Shown here in pieces: positions 27,613 through 37,693 of a DNA stretch of 64,000 nt; position 1 is the first letter of the stretch, and every line of letters begins with the position of its first letter. The stretch is from Clostridia bacterium. Its GTDB lineage: Bacteria; Bacillota; Clostridia; Christensenellales; DUVY01. Below the pieces are notes generated by a model that worked only from the letters and a program-made list of their open reading frames with translations, did not search any database and had not been told where the DNA came from. Made by a program: the position numbers and the translations under genes. Location of the stretch: the NCBI GenBank assembly GCA_036562755.1, contig DATCJN010000026.1, forward strand, positions 3,339 through 67,338, in the 5' to 3' direction.

Positions 27613-27960
27613 TTAGTTGTTGGCTTCTTTAATTTTTGCGGCTTTGCCTGTCAATTCTCTTATATAATACAATTTAGCTCTTCTTACGCGACCTTTTCTC
27701 ACTACGACTATGGAGTCGATCTTAGGCGAATGCAAAGGGAAAGTTCTCTCAACGCCAACGCCAAACGATATCTTGCGAACGGTAAAAGTTTCTCTCAAAC
27801 CGCCGCCGCGGCGCGCTATAACAGTGCCTTCAAAAGCCTGTATTCTTTCCTTAGAGCCTTCAATAACTTTAAAGTTAACTCTGATAACGTCGCCTATATT
27901 AAAAGAGGGAAGGTCGGTCCTCATATTTTCTTTTTCTATAACCTGTATCAGTTTATCCAT
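27613..27960 (-). CDS. rplS: 50S ribosomal protein L19
   Basis: [45 protein letters not shown]... GGAGG lies just upstream of the ATG at 27958-27960. The track start at 28002 is over-extended. Confidence 0.95.
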   Translation of the reverse strand: MDKLIQVIEKENMRTDLPSFNIGDVIRVNFKVIEGSKERIQAFEGTVIARRGGGLRETFTVRKISFGVGVERTFPLHSPKIDSIVVVRKGRVRRAKLYYIRELTGKAAKIKEANN

Positions 27961-28211
27961 AATAACCTCCGAGTCTGTGCAGTTACCTAAATATATTATC
28001 ACAACCTAAGCCTTAACACAAGCAAAAAGACATAAGTTTTTTTAACCAAAAACCCTTAAAAAGCAAAGAATATTATAACATAATTTTTTAAATTTCAAAT
28101 AAAAATAAAGCGATTTTTTTAAAAAGCTGTTAATATATTGGTTTATATTTTATTTTAGTGATAAAATCTTTTTATAAACATAATTTAACGAATGATTTTT
28201 AGAGGTGCAAT

Positions 28212-29891
28212 ATGAAATTTTCCCAAATTCAATATAAGCGTCCAGATATGGATGCGTTGATTGACAGCGTTAATTCTTATCGCCAAGCGTTTGAGAACGC
28301 TTCAAACGCGGATGAGCAAGTAAAAATTTATCTGGAAATGACCAAATCTTTGCAATCGCCCATTACAATGTGCTATGTGGCGATTATTAGATATTATCTT
28401 AACACTACTGACGAGTTTTACAACAAAGAAAAAAATTTTTTGGACGAAAAGTTCCCCGAGCTAAAAAGCGCTTTGAGCGATTTCTCCAAGAGCATGCTCG
28501 CTTCGCCCTTTAAGGAAGAGCTAAAAACCAAACTGCCTCCCGTCATAATGCTCAATAAAGAAATAGAAGCCAAATCGATGAGTCCCGAGATTATAGATTT
28601 AAAAATCGAAGAAAACAAGCTCATCAACCAATACACCAACCTTATGAGCTCTGTAATGGTAGAGTTCCAAGGGCAAAAATTAACGCGCCCCGAAATCAGA
28701 AAATATATATCAGCAAGCGACCGCGAAACCAGACGCGCCGCAATGACTGCTTACGGACTTGAATTAAACAAGATTAAAGACCAACTGGACGACATCTATG
28801 ACAAAATGGTAAAAGTCCGCGATAAAATGGCAAAAAAATTGGGCTATTCCGGCTTTGTGGAACTAGGCTACTTGCAGATGAACAGAAACTGCTATAATCC
28901 TAACGATGTCGATAAGTTCAGACAAGGCGTGTTAAAATACATTGTTCCTGCCGTGTCTAAGATTAAGAAAAAAGTTTCCATTGATTTAGGCATAGACAAA
29001 TTAAAACTCTTCGACAACGACGTTTATTTAAAAAGCGGCAAACCCCAGCCCGTAATTTCCAGCGAAGAGATAATGCGCCAGGGAAGCAAGATGTATAACG
29101 AGCTAAACGCCGAGATCGGCGCGCTTTATGACAATATGTTAGAAAGCGAAACCTTTGACGTTCTCTCGCGTCCCGGCAAGTGGGGCGGCGGCTTTTGCGA
29201 GGGTCTGGCGGAATTTAAGCTGCCCTTTATTTTGAGCAACTTCAACGGCACAGCCGACGACATAGACGTTTTAACTCACGAAATGGGACACGCTTTCGCG
29301 TTTTATAAGTCTTGGGAGTATGAAATCCCTGATGTGCAAAACCCGACTTTTGAAACATGCGAAGTGCATTCTATGTCGATGGAGTTCTTTACTCATAAGT
29401 TTATGGAAAGATTTTTCGGCGAGGCGGCAAACGACTACCGTTACGCGCACTTAGCCGAGGCCTTAAATTTTATACCTTACGGAACAATAATCGACTACTT
29501 CCAACACCTAGCTTATCAAAATCCCCTATGGACGCCCAAAGAGCGAAATCAAGCGTGGGCGGAACTGGAAAGACAATACCGTCCTTATATGGACGCTCAA
29601 GGCATCCCCTTCTTCGAAGAAGGCAGAGCGTGGCAGGTTCAAGCGCACGTTTACGAATCGCCTTTCTATTATATAGATTACTGCCTTGCTCAATCGGTAG
29701 CGCTTCAATTTTACGCGCTTATGCATCAAGACTATAACGCCGCTTGGCAAAAATATTACAACTTCGTCTCTAAAGCAGGCACGCTTACCTTTACTGATCT
29801 ATTAAAAGAGTCAAAGCTGCAATCGCCTTTTGACGAGTCAACCCTAAAGCACATAAGCGAGATAGCGTTGAAGACATTGAATATAGACTAA
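28212..29891 (+). CDS. M3-family oligoendopeptidase (PepF-like)
   Basis: Zinc motif HEMGHAF. The length and overall pattern are typical of M3B oligoendopeptidase F. RBS AGAGGTG. Confidence 0.85.
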   Translation: MKFSQIQYKRPDMDALIDSVNSYRQAFENASNADEQVKIYLEMTKSLQSPITMCYVAIIRYYLNTTDEFYNKEKNFLDEKFPELKSALSDFSKSMLASPFKEELKTKLPPVIMLNKEIEAKSMSPEIIDLKIEENKLINQYTNLMSSVMVEFQGQKLTRPEIRKYISASDRETRRAAMTAYGLELNKIKDQLDDIYDKMVKVRDKMAKKLGYSGFVELGYLQMNRNCYNPNDVDKFRQGVLKYIVPAVSKIKKKVSIDLGIDKLKLFDNDVYLKSGKPQPVISSEEIMRQGSKMYNELNAEIGALYDNMLESETFDVLSRPGKWGGGFCEGLAEFKLPFILSNFNGTADDIDVLTHEMGHAFAFYKSWEYEIPDVQNPTFETCEVHSMSMEFFTHKFMERFFGEAANDYRYAHLAEALNFIPYGTIIDYFQHLAYQNPLWTPKERNQAWAELERQYRPYMDAQGIPFFEEGRAWQVQAHVYESPFYYIDYCLAQSVALQFYALMHQDYNAAWQKYYNFVSKAGTLTFTDLLKESKLQSPFDESTLKHISEIALKTLNID

Positions 29892-29916
29892 TTACCAAAG
29901 TCCAAAAGAGGTCATA

Positions 29917-31047
29917 ATGAACGACTTAAATCAACAACTGGAAAGCCTGGCGTTGTTTTATTCAGTCAAGCAGGACAAAGTAATAAAAAGCCTTATGGAC
30001 GCGTTAGCCGACCCCAAAAACGAACCGCTGTTTTACCACAATCTTTTAGAGAGCGGATACTCAGACGACTGGGCAGGCTATGTTTACAACCTAGCAAGAT
30101 ACGACCAAAACATATGGGCCAAGAGTTTGGCAAAAGGCGTCGAAATTCCGCCCCAAATAAAACAAAGGGCTATACAAGAGCTAAAAATCCTAAAACTGCT
30201 CTCAGAGCAAACCTCAAGTTCGCTTTTTGAAAACAGCGTTTATGAATGGGGCTCTAAGAATAAATATGACTTTGACTACGATTTTCTGGCGCAAGATATC
30301 TCAAAAAAAGGCTATGGGATTTACGCTAAATACGACGCCTTTGTGTTTCAAGACAGGGAATTAATACCCATTCCCAATCCGCCTAAAATAGAGTTAAGCT
30401 CTTTAATAGGCTATCAGTCCCAAAAACAAGAGGTAATCGCCAATACTAAGGCTTTTATAGAAGGCAAACCCGCAAACAATGTTTTGCTCGCAGGCGACAG
30501 GGGTTCGGGCAAGTCTTCTACCATAATGGGCGTATTTAATATGTTTAAGGGACAGATAAAGTTAGTAGAACTGCCCTTGGCCAATATTAAAAACATTACA
30601 TACTTGATTGATTTATTAAAAGACATCCCCAACCGCTTTATAATCTTTTTGGACGATTTGGTCGTAGATAAAAATAACCCCGAATTATTTTATCCGCTAA
30701 AAGCGGCTTTGGAGGGAAGCTTTTTAAATTCTAAGACCAATACATTAATATATGCCACTTCCAATAGACGACACCTGGTAAGACAAAGCCAAAAAGAAAG
30801 AGAAGACGAAATCCGCCCCAGCGAAGGCTTAGAAGACACGCTCGCCCTTTCCGACAGGTTCGGGCTTGTGGTATTGTTCCATAATCTCAATAAAGACGAA
30901 TATTTAGATTTAGTGGCAGCCCTCGCTAAAATGCGCAATATACCCGTTACCGATAAACTCTTAAAAGACGCCGAAATTTGGGCGCTGGCTAAGGCCGTGC
31001 GCTCGCCCAGATCGGCCGTGCAGTTTATAAACTCGCTTGAAAGCTAA
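29917..31047 (+). CDS. DUF815/COG2607-type AAA ATPase
   Basis: KPANNVLLAGDRGSGKSS (Walker A), FIIFLDDL (Walker B), IYATSNRRHL and LSDRFGL are all typical of the DUF815 family. Confidence 0.8.
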   Translation: MNDLNQQLESLALFYSVKQDKVIKSLMDALADPKNEPLFYHNLLESGYSDDWAGYVYNLARYDQNIWAKSLAKGVEIPPQIKQRAIQELKILKLLSEQTSSSLFENSVYEWGSKNKYDFDYDFLAQDISKKGYGIYAKYDAFVFQDRELIPIPNPPKIELSSLIGYQSQKQEVIANTKAFIEGKPANNVLLAGDRGSGKSSTIMGVFNMFKGQIKLVELPLANIKNITYLIDLLKDIPNRFIIFLDDLVVDKNNPELFYPLKAALEGSFLNSKTNTLIYATSNRRHLVRQSQKEREDEIRPSEGLEDTLALSDRFGLVVLFHNLNKDEYLDLVAALAKMRNIPVTDKLLKDAEIWALAKAVRSPRSAVQFINSLES

Positions 31048-31056
31048 CGAAACATT

Positions 31057-31085
31057 AAAAACCGCCTCTTTAGGCGGTTTCTTTT
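31057..31085. terminator. Bidirectional terminator between convergent DUF815 and PrsW-like genes
   Basis: ACCGCCT (31061-31067) / AGGCGGT (31072-31078) with a 4-nt loop and A/T-runs on both sides. The PrsW-like stop codon (31070-31072) spans the loop/stem junction of the hairpin. Confidence 0.7.
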
Positions 31086-32041
31086 ATTTCAATATTTTTT
31101 TGCTCAAAGGCTTGATTGATGCCTTCTTTTATCAATTTTATTCCTATGCTCCATGCCAAAACGGATAAGACAACGGGCACAAAGTAAATTTGAGGCAAGA
31201 GCTTGGCGCTAAAGGGCATATTCCAAACGCTGTGCAAAAGCGCGCAAAACAATATCAGCCCCGCGCCTTTTAAATAATTTTTTCTCTTAAGCAGAATAAC
31301 CGCCGCGGCGCCTTCTATTGCCGCCCATATGACGTGCCCGCCCGGCGCTAAGATGCACCTTAAAAACAGCACATCCAGCATTTGCATTAAGCTGACGCTC
31401 AAAAACTCGCTGGAATAAATAATGGTCGGATAACCGCCCATATTTAAAAACATTCCCAAAAAAGCGTATCCTGCCGATTCTATGGAAGCAAATCCCCCGC
31501 CGATCGCCGCGCCCGTTAAAATTCCCCCGCAAATAGTTTTGTTCTTGCGCCTTATAAGCAACATTATTATAACCGCAAGCTTGGCGCTTTCTTCTACCAC
31601 GCCGGTCAGCAGCGCTCCTACATAATCCAATCCTTTGTTATAACCTATCAGGTCGTGCAAAATTAGAGTAAAAATAACGGCAAGCGCTCCGCCTATTCCA
31701 AACATCTTTATAATAGAAAAAATAGAAATATCTCTATAGACATTTAATTCAAAAAACAGCACTATTAAAGTAAAAGGAACTATAAACGCGCCCAAAAACA
31801 TCAAAGTAGGCAGCGACAAAATCCCGCCGAAAGAGCTGATGATATAAACAAGAATAAGCATTACCGCCAGACTCAAAAAAACCCTAAAAAACAGCCACGG
31901 ACGCGGCAGGGCAATTTTTTGAACATCAAAGTCGGCTATGCCGCTCAAATAGAGTTCTTGCTTTTCTGCTTTTGTCCTTGGAAGAAAAACATCGGCAAAG
32001 ACGCCAAAAAAGTTAAAATCCTGGTCTTTAGTTTCTATCAT
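31070..32041 (-). CDS. PrsW-family intramembrane protease-like membrane protein
   Basis: Polytopic membrane protein with VVEESAKL (E-E-x-x-K motif) and LHSVWN (H-x-x-x-N). Confidence 0.7.
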   Translation of the reverse strand: MIETKDQDFNFFGVFADVFLPRTKAEKQELYLSGIADFDVQKIALPRPWLFFRVFLSLAVMLILVYIISSFGGILSLPTLMFLGAFIVPFTLIVLFFELNVYRDISIFSIIKMFGIGGALAVIFTLILHDLIGYNKGLDYVGALLTGVVEESAKLAVIIMLLIRRKNKTICGGILTGAAIGGGFASIESAGYAFLGMFLNMGGYPTIIYSSEFLSVSLMQMLDVLFLRCILAPGGHVIWAAIEGAAAVILLKRKNYLKGAGLILFCALLHSVWNMPFSAKLLPQIYFVPVVLSVLAWSIGIKLIKEGINQAFEQKNIEIKETA

Positions 32042-32070
32042 AATAATTGATTATTGACCAAGATTAAAAA

Positions 32071-32970
32071 CTAATTCATAAGCCCTATGATATCCTTAAA
32101 AGGCAAGTCCTTATGAACAACTTGGTTTATCGCGACCGCCAAAACATAGGCGCATTTTTGGACTATGGCGTCTATATCCTTGGGAGTTACAACAAGCTCG
32201 CCTAAGGAACTTGTCAAAATATTTGAAATCAACTTGGACTCTTGCTCTTTCGAGGGCGTAAGTTCAGGCATTTTTTCAAAACATTGCTCTATGATATCCA
32301 GCGACAATGTCGAAGCATATACTACCAACGGAGCGCCTATGGAAATCACGGGCGCGCCTAAACTTTCTCTGTTTAACCCGAATCTATGGTTGCCCACGCC
32401 CGCTCCCGGCACTATGCCCGTATCCGTAACCTGAAAAGCCGAACTTAACCTATGGGTGCTTTTGGAAGCAAGCGCGTCGATGGTGATAATTATATCGGGC
32501 TTGACTTTTTCGGCGACGCCTTTTATTATATCGTAAGTTTCTATGCCCGTAATACCCAAAACCCCCGGGGACAGCGCGCAAAGCGATACGCCCCAATCTT
32601 CTTGGAGATGGCGGTTGATTATTAATTTATCCACGGTCATAGGCCCTAGCGAATCCGCGGTCATATGCTTGTTGCCCAAGCCCACCGCCAGAATAGTTTT
32701 AGGTTTTAAATCGCCTATGCAATCGTCAATTGCCCTTGAAATTTGGGAAGCGACTTTGTGAATAAAATCCAGGTCTTTTTGATAAAACTCGTCGGCTTCA
32801 ATGGTAATATATTTGCCTGCGGGCTTGTTAATTTTTTTTGAGCCGCTTTCGTTTAGAATCTCGACTTCGTATCGTCTTATGCCGTCTTTGATGCTTTCTT
32901 TTACTCTTATATCCTGGTCTTGGGCGTTTTGCAAGACCGATTCTAGCGCCATATCAGTTCTAAATTTCAT
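32071..32970 (-). CDS. gpr: Germination protease (spore SASP endopeptidase) GPR
   Basis: FRTDMALES..., ILAVGLGNKHMTADSLGP and the overall A25 peptidase pattern. I take the ATG at 32968-32970 as the start. The track start is an upstream TTG at 32988. No clear RBS precedes either codon. Confidence 0.85.
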   Translation of the reverse strand: MKFRTDMALESVLQNAQDQDIRVKESIKDGIRRYEVEILNESGSKKINKPAGKYITIEADEFYQKDLDFIHKVASQISRAIDDCIGDLKPKTILAVGLGNKHMTADSLGPMTVDKLIINRHLQEDWGVSLCALSPGVLGITGIETYDIIKGVAEKVKPDIIITIDALASKSTHRLSSAFQVTDTGIVPGAGVGNHRFGLNRESLGAPVISIGAPLVVYASTLSLDIIEQCFEKMPELTPSKEQESKLISNILTSSLGELVVTPKDIDAIVQKCAYVLAVAINQVVHKDLPFKDIIGLMN

Positions 32971-33007
32971 AATTATTAGTTTGAACAAAAAAATATATAA
33001 TAATCGT

Positions 33008-33036
33008 TTGCCTAAAAATCTTAAGTATGCTAAAAT
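33008..33036 (+). promoter_or_regulatory. Putative sigma-A promoter of rpsT
   Basis: TTGCCT (33008-33013), 17-nt spacer, TAAAAT (33031-33036). RBS AGAAGGAGAAG follows. Confidence 0.5.
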
Positions 33037-33071
33037 GTTACAGGTATTTTAAGAGAAGGAGAAGTTCATAA

Positions 33072-33506
33072 GTGCCTAATACAAAATCCGCTAAAAAAAG
33101 AGTTAAAGTTATAGCAACGAAGAACTTAAGAAATAGAATGGTAAAATCCCAAGTAAAGACCGCTATTAAGAAATTTAAAGCGGCTATCTTGTCTAACGAT
33201 CCCGCCACCGCGGAAGCAATTTTGCCCGAAACTTTTTCTATCATAGATAAAGCCGCGGCAAAAGGCGTAATCCATAAAAATAACGCTTCCAACAAGAAAG
33301 CGGGTTTAGCTAAGATGCTTTCCGATTTAAAATCAGGCAAATTGGTTTTACCTTCCGTTGTGGATTATAAGACTCGCGCGGCAGAAAAGAAAGCCGCCGA
33401 AGAAAAGGCAAGACTTGAGGCAAAAGAATTAAAAGCCCAAAAGGAAGCTGAAAAAGCTGAAAAAGCCAAGAAAGCTAAAAAATCCAAGAAAGAAGACGAA
33501 GAATAA
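33072..33506 (+). CDS. rpsT: 30S ribosomal protein S20 with Lys/Glu/Ala-rich C-terminal extension
   Basis: (GTG)PNTKSAKKRVKVIATKNLRNR... is a classic S20 N-terminus. Residues ~89-144 form a charged low-complexity tail. Confidence 0.9.
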   Translation: MPNTKSAKKRVKVIATKNLRNRMVKSQVKTAIKKFKAAILSNDPATAEAILPETFSIIDKAAAKGVIHKNNASNKKAGLAKMLSDLKSGKLVLPSVVDYKTRAAEKKAAEEKARLEAKELKAQKEAEKAEKAKKAKKSKKEDEE

Positions 33507-33510
33507 AAAT

Positions 33511-33542
33511 ATCGCCCCTAAGAACTAGGGGCGTCTTTTTTA
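33511..33542 (+). terminator. Intrinsic terminator after rpsT
   Basis: CGCCCCTA (33513-33520) / TAGGGGCG (33526-33533) followed by a T-run. Confidence 0.8.
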
Positions 33543-33543
33543 T

Positions 33544-33840
33544 TTAGAGAATAGAATTAAAAACAATAAAACTAAACAACGAAGCGACAAGCAAAATCGC
33601 GGCGGTCACGGTTTCTATGTGTCTGTTTCTAACCAACTGTTTAAAGGAAAAAAATGCGCCCGCGCACAAAAACATAATCTCAAAGAGCGCGAAAATATTA
33701 TAGAGCATATTATAGCCCATTAAATGCTTGTTAAACAAAAGATAAACCTGATAAATCAGCAAAAGCAAGAATGCCAATGCGGCAAACAAAACCGCTACCG
33801 AGTTATAAATATTATCGCTGGCAGTTCTATACTTAATCAT
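33544..33840 (-). CDS. Small hypothetical membrane protein (98 aa, ~3 TM)
   Basis: Three hydrophobic segments. It is the only ORF in the gap between two terminators. No family recognised. Confidence 0.45.
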   Translation of the reverse strand: MIKYRTASDNIYNSVAVLFAALAFLLLLIYQVYLLFNKHLMGYNMLYNIFALFEIMFLCAGAFFSFKQLVRNRHIETVTAAILLVASLFSFIVFNSIL

Positions 33841-33906
33841 TCAAGACTCCGTTAGTTTTATCTTCAGTTAAAATATAGCCTATAAAACATAACTTGTCAA
33901 TAGGCT

Positions 33907-33938
33907 TAAAAAACTCTCGCGCGAAGGAGAGTTTTTTT
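33907..33938. terminator. Bidirectional terminator after the aspartate kinase gene
   Basis: AAACTCTC (33911-33918) / GAGAGTTT (33927-33934) with an A-run before and a T-run after. Confidence 0.65.
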
Positions 33939-33967
33939 AAAGAAGTATTATTTTGATTATAAAAGAA

Positions 33968-35278
33968 TTATTCAACAAACGCGTGATAGATTGCCTCTAT
34001 AGACTTTTCAAAGTCCTTATTATCCACGCCGATAATTATATTTAACTCGCTGCTGCCTTGGTCTATCATTCTTACGTTGATGTCGGCGTTATATAATGCC
34101 GAAAACAACTTGGCAGCAGTACCCTTTCTTTGAATCATTCCGTGACCGACGGTGGCTATAAGCGCCAAGTCGTCAAACACTTCGATATGATCCGGGTTAA
34201 GCGCCGCCTTTAATCCCGCAACCACGCTGTCTATCTTTCCGTTTATGTTTGAATTTTCTATAACAAGTCCCAGGGTATCTATACCCGTAGGCATATGTTC
34301 TATTGAGATTTTATGCTCTTCCAATACCGACAAAGCGCGGCGGGCAAATCCCAGCTCGCTGTTCATCATGGATTTTTCGATGTTGATTACGGTAAAATTC
34401 TTTTTGCCCGCTATTCCGGTAACAATCCTTCCGTTTTTGCGATATTCTTTAGACGGAACTATCATAGTTCCGGGGTTATCGGGCTCAAAGGTGTTTCTGA
34501 TATTGATAGAGATGTCCGCAAATCTTACCGGGAAAATGGCCTCGGGGTGCAAAACGCCCGCGCCCATATAGGACAACTCTCGCAGTTCTTTATATGTAAG
34601 GCTGGATATGCTCTTAGGGTTTTTTACTATGCGGGGGTCGCACATCATAAACCCGTTGACATCCGTCCAATTTTCGTACAGCTCTGCGTTTACAGCCCTT
34701 GCCAAAATAGCGCCCGTAATATCGGAGCCGCCGCGCGAAAATACGCAGATGCTGCCGTCGGGCTTGCTTCCGTAAAATCCGGGCACAACAACGCCTTTTT
34801 CCGCTATAGGATCAAGCGCGGCTTTGGTTAAATCGTTAGTAAGCTCGGATTCAAAGACGCCGTCTTGGGTAAACTTGATAATATCTTTAGCGTCCAAAAA
34901 GACAAAACCCATATATTTGGCTAAAATCATAGCCATTAAATATTCGCCGCGCGAGGCAGCGTAATCATAACCGGCGCCTGAGTCTATTTCTTTTCTAATG
35001 TTCTCAAACTCTTGGCTTAAGTCTATATCTATTTTTAAGTCGTCGATTATGCTTTGATAACGGGCCTTGACCTTTTCAAAAATATCCTTGCAAGAACCTT
35101 CTTTTGCGGTCTTATAGCAGTTGATTAGCATATCGGTAACTTTGTCTTGGTCTTTTAATTTGCCCGGAGCGCTAACGACGACAATTTTGCGTTTTGGATT
35201 AGCGTTAATAATGCTTACAACTTGGGAAATGCTGGAAGCATCGGCCATCGAAGTTCCGCCAAATTTACATACTAACAT
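33968..35278 (-). CDS. Aspartate kinase
   Basis: MLVCKFGGTSMA..., an amino-acid kinase domain plus C-terminal ACT domains. Confidence 0.9.
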   Translation of the reverse strand: MLVCKFGGTSMADASSISQVVSIINANPKRKIVVVSAPGKLKDQDKVTDMLINCYKTAKEGSCKDIFEKVKARYQSIIDDLKIDIDLSQEFENIRKEIDSGAGYDYAASRGEYLMAMILAKYMGFVFLDAKDIIKFTQDGVFESELTNDLTKAALDPIAEKGVVVPGFYGSKPDGSICVFSRGGSDITGAILARAVNAELYENWTDVNGFMMCDPRIVKNPKSISSLTYKELRELSYMGAGVLHPEAIFPVRFADISINIRNTFEPDNPGTMIVPSKEYRKNGRIVTGIAGKKNFTVINIEKSMMNSELGFARRALSVLEEHKISIEHMPTGIDTLGLVIENSNINGKIDSVVAGLKAALNPDHIEVFDDLALIATVGHGMIQRKGTAAKLFSALYNADINVRMIDQGSSELNIIIGVDNKDFEKSIEAIYHAFVE

Positions 35279-35348
35279 ATGGTCTCCAACTCAAAAAAAT
35301 TTTTTTGCCTTGCAATTTTCATAAAAAACATAATACCATAAAATATAT

Positions 35349-35383
35349 AAAAAAAGCTAATATTTTAATATTAGCTTTTTTAT
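35349..35383. terminator. Bidirectional terminator after the DUF1015 gene
   Basis: AAGCTAATATT (35354-35364) / AATATTAGCTT (35367-35377) flanked by A- and T-runs. Confidence 0.65.
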
Positions 35384-35423
35384 TTTTTTGAAAAAATTTA
35401 TCAATATAATGATTAATAAATAT

Positions 35424-36668
35424 TTATTTTATAAATTTCGTCTCGAAATAATAGCGTTTTTCTTCCGCTTCGCCTAGCGAAAAACTCTTTTTAGGCAAGA
35501 CTTTTCTGGAGGCAAGCTCTTCAAAGAACTTATCCTTAGGTATGGCGGGCATTATTATTCCCGCGCTGTCAATATTGGTCGAGACGATTTCGCGAAGGTT
35601 GTCTTCGCCGTGGATATAATCTATAGATATGCCCTCGTCTTCCAATTTAATATCATCTAGCAGCATTTGAATAGATTCTATTGCGTCCAACGGGTCGGCG
35701 GGAATGGGCACTGTAATAGAATCCTTTGAATTAAAGATAACCTGGGTTTTGCCTTCCTCGGAAGCAAATTCGGTCTTTATCCTGGACGCGAGTTTTCTAG
35801 CGTCAATGTTTTTTATTGCGCGGTGAATGGGATGGAAAGTAATGCCTTCGTCGTAAAGGTTTACGATTTCCACAAGGGTATATCTTGCAGGATGGTTTTG
35901 GATTTGATCGGGCGGCAAGGTGCGCTTAATATTGTTCCAGTTAACTTTGGCAGCAGCCAAAGAGTGATTGCCGTCGCCCACAGCCAAAACAAAGCCTTGA
36001 GAGGACTTGCAAGTTTTTTGAACCATCTCGGGAGTGGTAATCTTTTCGAAAGCTTCTAGGACCGCTTTTGGATTATTTACCTTATAACCTTTGACGTGTC
36101 CTCCGCCCATATTCAGCTCAAAGTCGTATATCAATTCTTTATCGGGGCTGTTGTAAGCCTCTTCGATGACTTTAAACTCGGGATCGCTCATCAAAAGCAT
36201 TACGTGGGGCAATTCCAAAAGCGCCTTTTCTCTTATCTTAACCCTGGGCGGTATGCGCTCTAGGATAGTCTGTTCGGACGCGCGAATTGCCGAACAGTCA
36301 GCTATATTAAAGCTGTATTTTTCCAAATCGACGCAAACCACAAGCCCAAGCCGTCTAGGCGTATATTTTGTAGAGCGCTCAACTAAAATCATGCCCGATT
36401 CAATCGTGTCAAAAATATCTTCGTCAACATATTTTTGCATTTCGGCGTTTATAGCGTTGATCCTTTCGGCTATTTGGCCATTTTTTAGATAAACTTCGGG
36501 CAAGATTAGCTTTAGCGCGCTGGGAGCGGCGCCTATGTAATTTTTTAAGTCTTCCCAATATTTTATTTGGGAAGTAAATATATCGCACGCTATGACCGCC
36601 CATTTATTGTAATCTATATGCTTTTTAGGTATAAGTATGGGTTGCGGAAAAATCACATTCGCGTTCAT
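35424..36668 (-). CDS. DUF1015-family protein
   Basis: Length and pattern are typical of DUF1015. The track start at 36698 is a TTG. AGAGG (36675-36679) is best spaced for the ATG at 36666-36668. Confidence 0.7.
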   Translation of the reverse strand: MNANVIFPQPILIPKKHIDYNKWAVIACDIFTSQIKYWEDLKNYIGAAPSALKLILPEVYLKNGQIAERINAINAEMQKYVDEDIFDTIESGMILVERSTKYTPRRLGLVVCVDLEKYSFNIADCSAIRASEQTILERIPPRVKIREKALLELPHVMLLMSDPEFKVIEEAYNSPDKELIYDFELNMGGGHVKGYKVNNPKAVLEAFEKITTPEMVQKTCKSSQGFVLAVGDGNHSLAAAKVNWNNIKRTLPPDQIQNHPARYTLVEIVNLYDEGITFHPIHRAIKNIDARKLASRIKTEFASEEGKTQVIFNSKDSITVPIPADPLDAIESIQMLLDDIKLEDEGISIDYIHGEDNLREIVSTNIDSAGIIMPAIPKDKFFEELASRKVLPKKSFSLGEAEEKRYYFETKFIK

Positions 36669-36835
36669 GGTCATCCTCTGTAATATAATATTATTCAAAA
36701 CTTATAAACAAATACTTAAAAATAGCCAAAACACGAAACCGCATATTAGAGCGGCAATTTTATATTTAATATTATACACAAAAATATAGCGCAAAATCAA
36801 AAGGAAAATGTTTTCTTCTTTCTTTTTATGAGCCA

Positions 36836-37672
36836 TTATTTTCTCCTGCGTTTTTTGGTTTCGGCTTGGGGGACGCTAAGCCCATAAAATTCCGTCAACG
36901 TCTGATTAAGCATATCAGAATCGTAATATCTGGACAATGATCCGTTTTTGGCCACCGAGATTACGCCCGTTTCTTCGGAGACAATTATGGTTAAAACATC
37001 GTAATTTTCGGTAATGCCGATTGCCGCCCTGTGCCGAGTGCCCAATTCTTTAGGCAGATTGGTATCTTGAGAAAGAGGCAAAAAACAGCCCGCGGCTATC
37101 AATTTATTGCCCTTTATAATAACCGCTCCGTCGTGAAGCGGAGACTTTACATTAAATATGCTCTCCAAAAGCGCGGCGCTTATTGCGGAGTTTAGTTTTA
37201 CGCCGCTTTCTACTATGTGAGAGGGCACGGCGTTAGCCACCAAAACGATCAACGCGCCCGTATTGCTCTTGGACAACGCCTGGGCGGCTTTTATCATTTC
37301 GTTGATGGCGTTATACAACTCCTCGTCAGATATTTCGGAATCCACGGTAAAATGACTGACAGTCTTTTTGGCTGTAATTAATTTTAACAAGCCCCTTCTG
37401 GTTTCGGGTATGAACGCCAAAAAGAATACCACTACGCCCGCGCACGTCAAAACCAAAGCCACATAATAAAGCGCAGGCATTTTTTCTTTAAAATTTAAGA
37501 TAAAAAGCAAAACGACAAGATAAATCGCCACATATTTCAAAGTCCTTAACGCATTGGCGTTTTTCAAGAAAGCAAAAAGCCCGTAAAATAATAAAGCGAA
37601 TACTATAATTTCCAGCGCGTCCCAACCGTTAAAGCTCTTTAAAACATCCGCAATTTTTTCCAAAAAGTTCAT
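36836..37672 (-). CDS. cdaA: Diadenylate cyclase CdaA (membrane-anchored DAC domain)
   Basis: Three N-terminal TM helices, then DAC motifs DGAVIIKGNKLIAAGCFLPLS and LGTRHRAAIGITE. Confidence 0.9.
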   Translation of the reverse strand: MNFLEKIADVLKSFNGWDALEIIVFALLFYGLFAFLKNANALRTLKYVAIYLVVLLFILNFKEKMPALYYVALVLTCAGVVVFFLAFIPETRRGLLKLITAKKTVSHFTVDSEISDEELYNAINEMIKAAQALSKSNTGALIVLVANAVPSHIVESGVKLNSAISAALLESIFNVKSPLHDGAVIIKGNKLIAAGCFLPLSQDTNLPKELGTRHRAAIGITENYDVLTIIVSEETGVISVAKNGSLSRYYDSDMLNQTLTEFYGLSVPQAETKKRRRK

Positions 37673-37693
37673 CTATTCGCCGCCGTATAATAA

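Noticed and set aside
28212-31047. M3 peptidase plus AAA-type ATPase pair, considered as a possible protease-ATPase defence or toxin module
   Set aside because: The ATPase shows the full DUF815/COG2607 pattern, a widespread family. The peptidase is an ordinary PepF-like oligoendopeptidase. No nuclease, sensor or mobile-element context is present, and the pairing may be incidental.
33038-33340. 100-aa minus-strand ORF
   Set aside because: It is antisense to rpsT, whose S20 identity is unambiguous.
34245-34831. 108-aa and 172-aa plus-strand ORFs inside the aspartate kinase gene; likewise three overlapping plus-strand ORFs at 12333-12625 inside the 608-aa gene
   Set aside because: They are antisense shadows of long, well-supported minus-strand genes and carry no independent signals.
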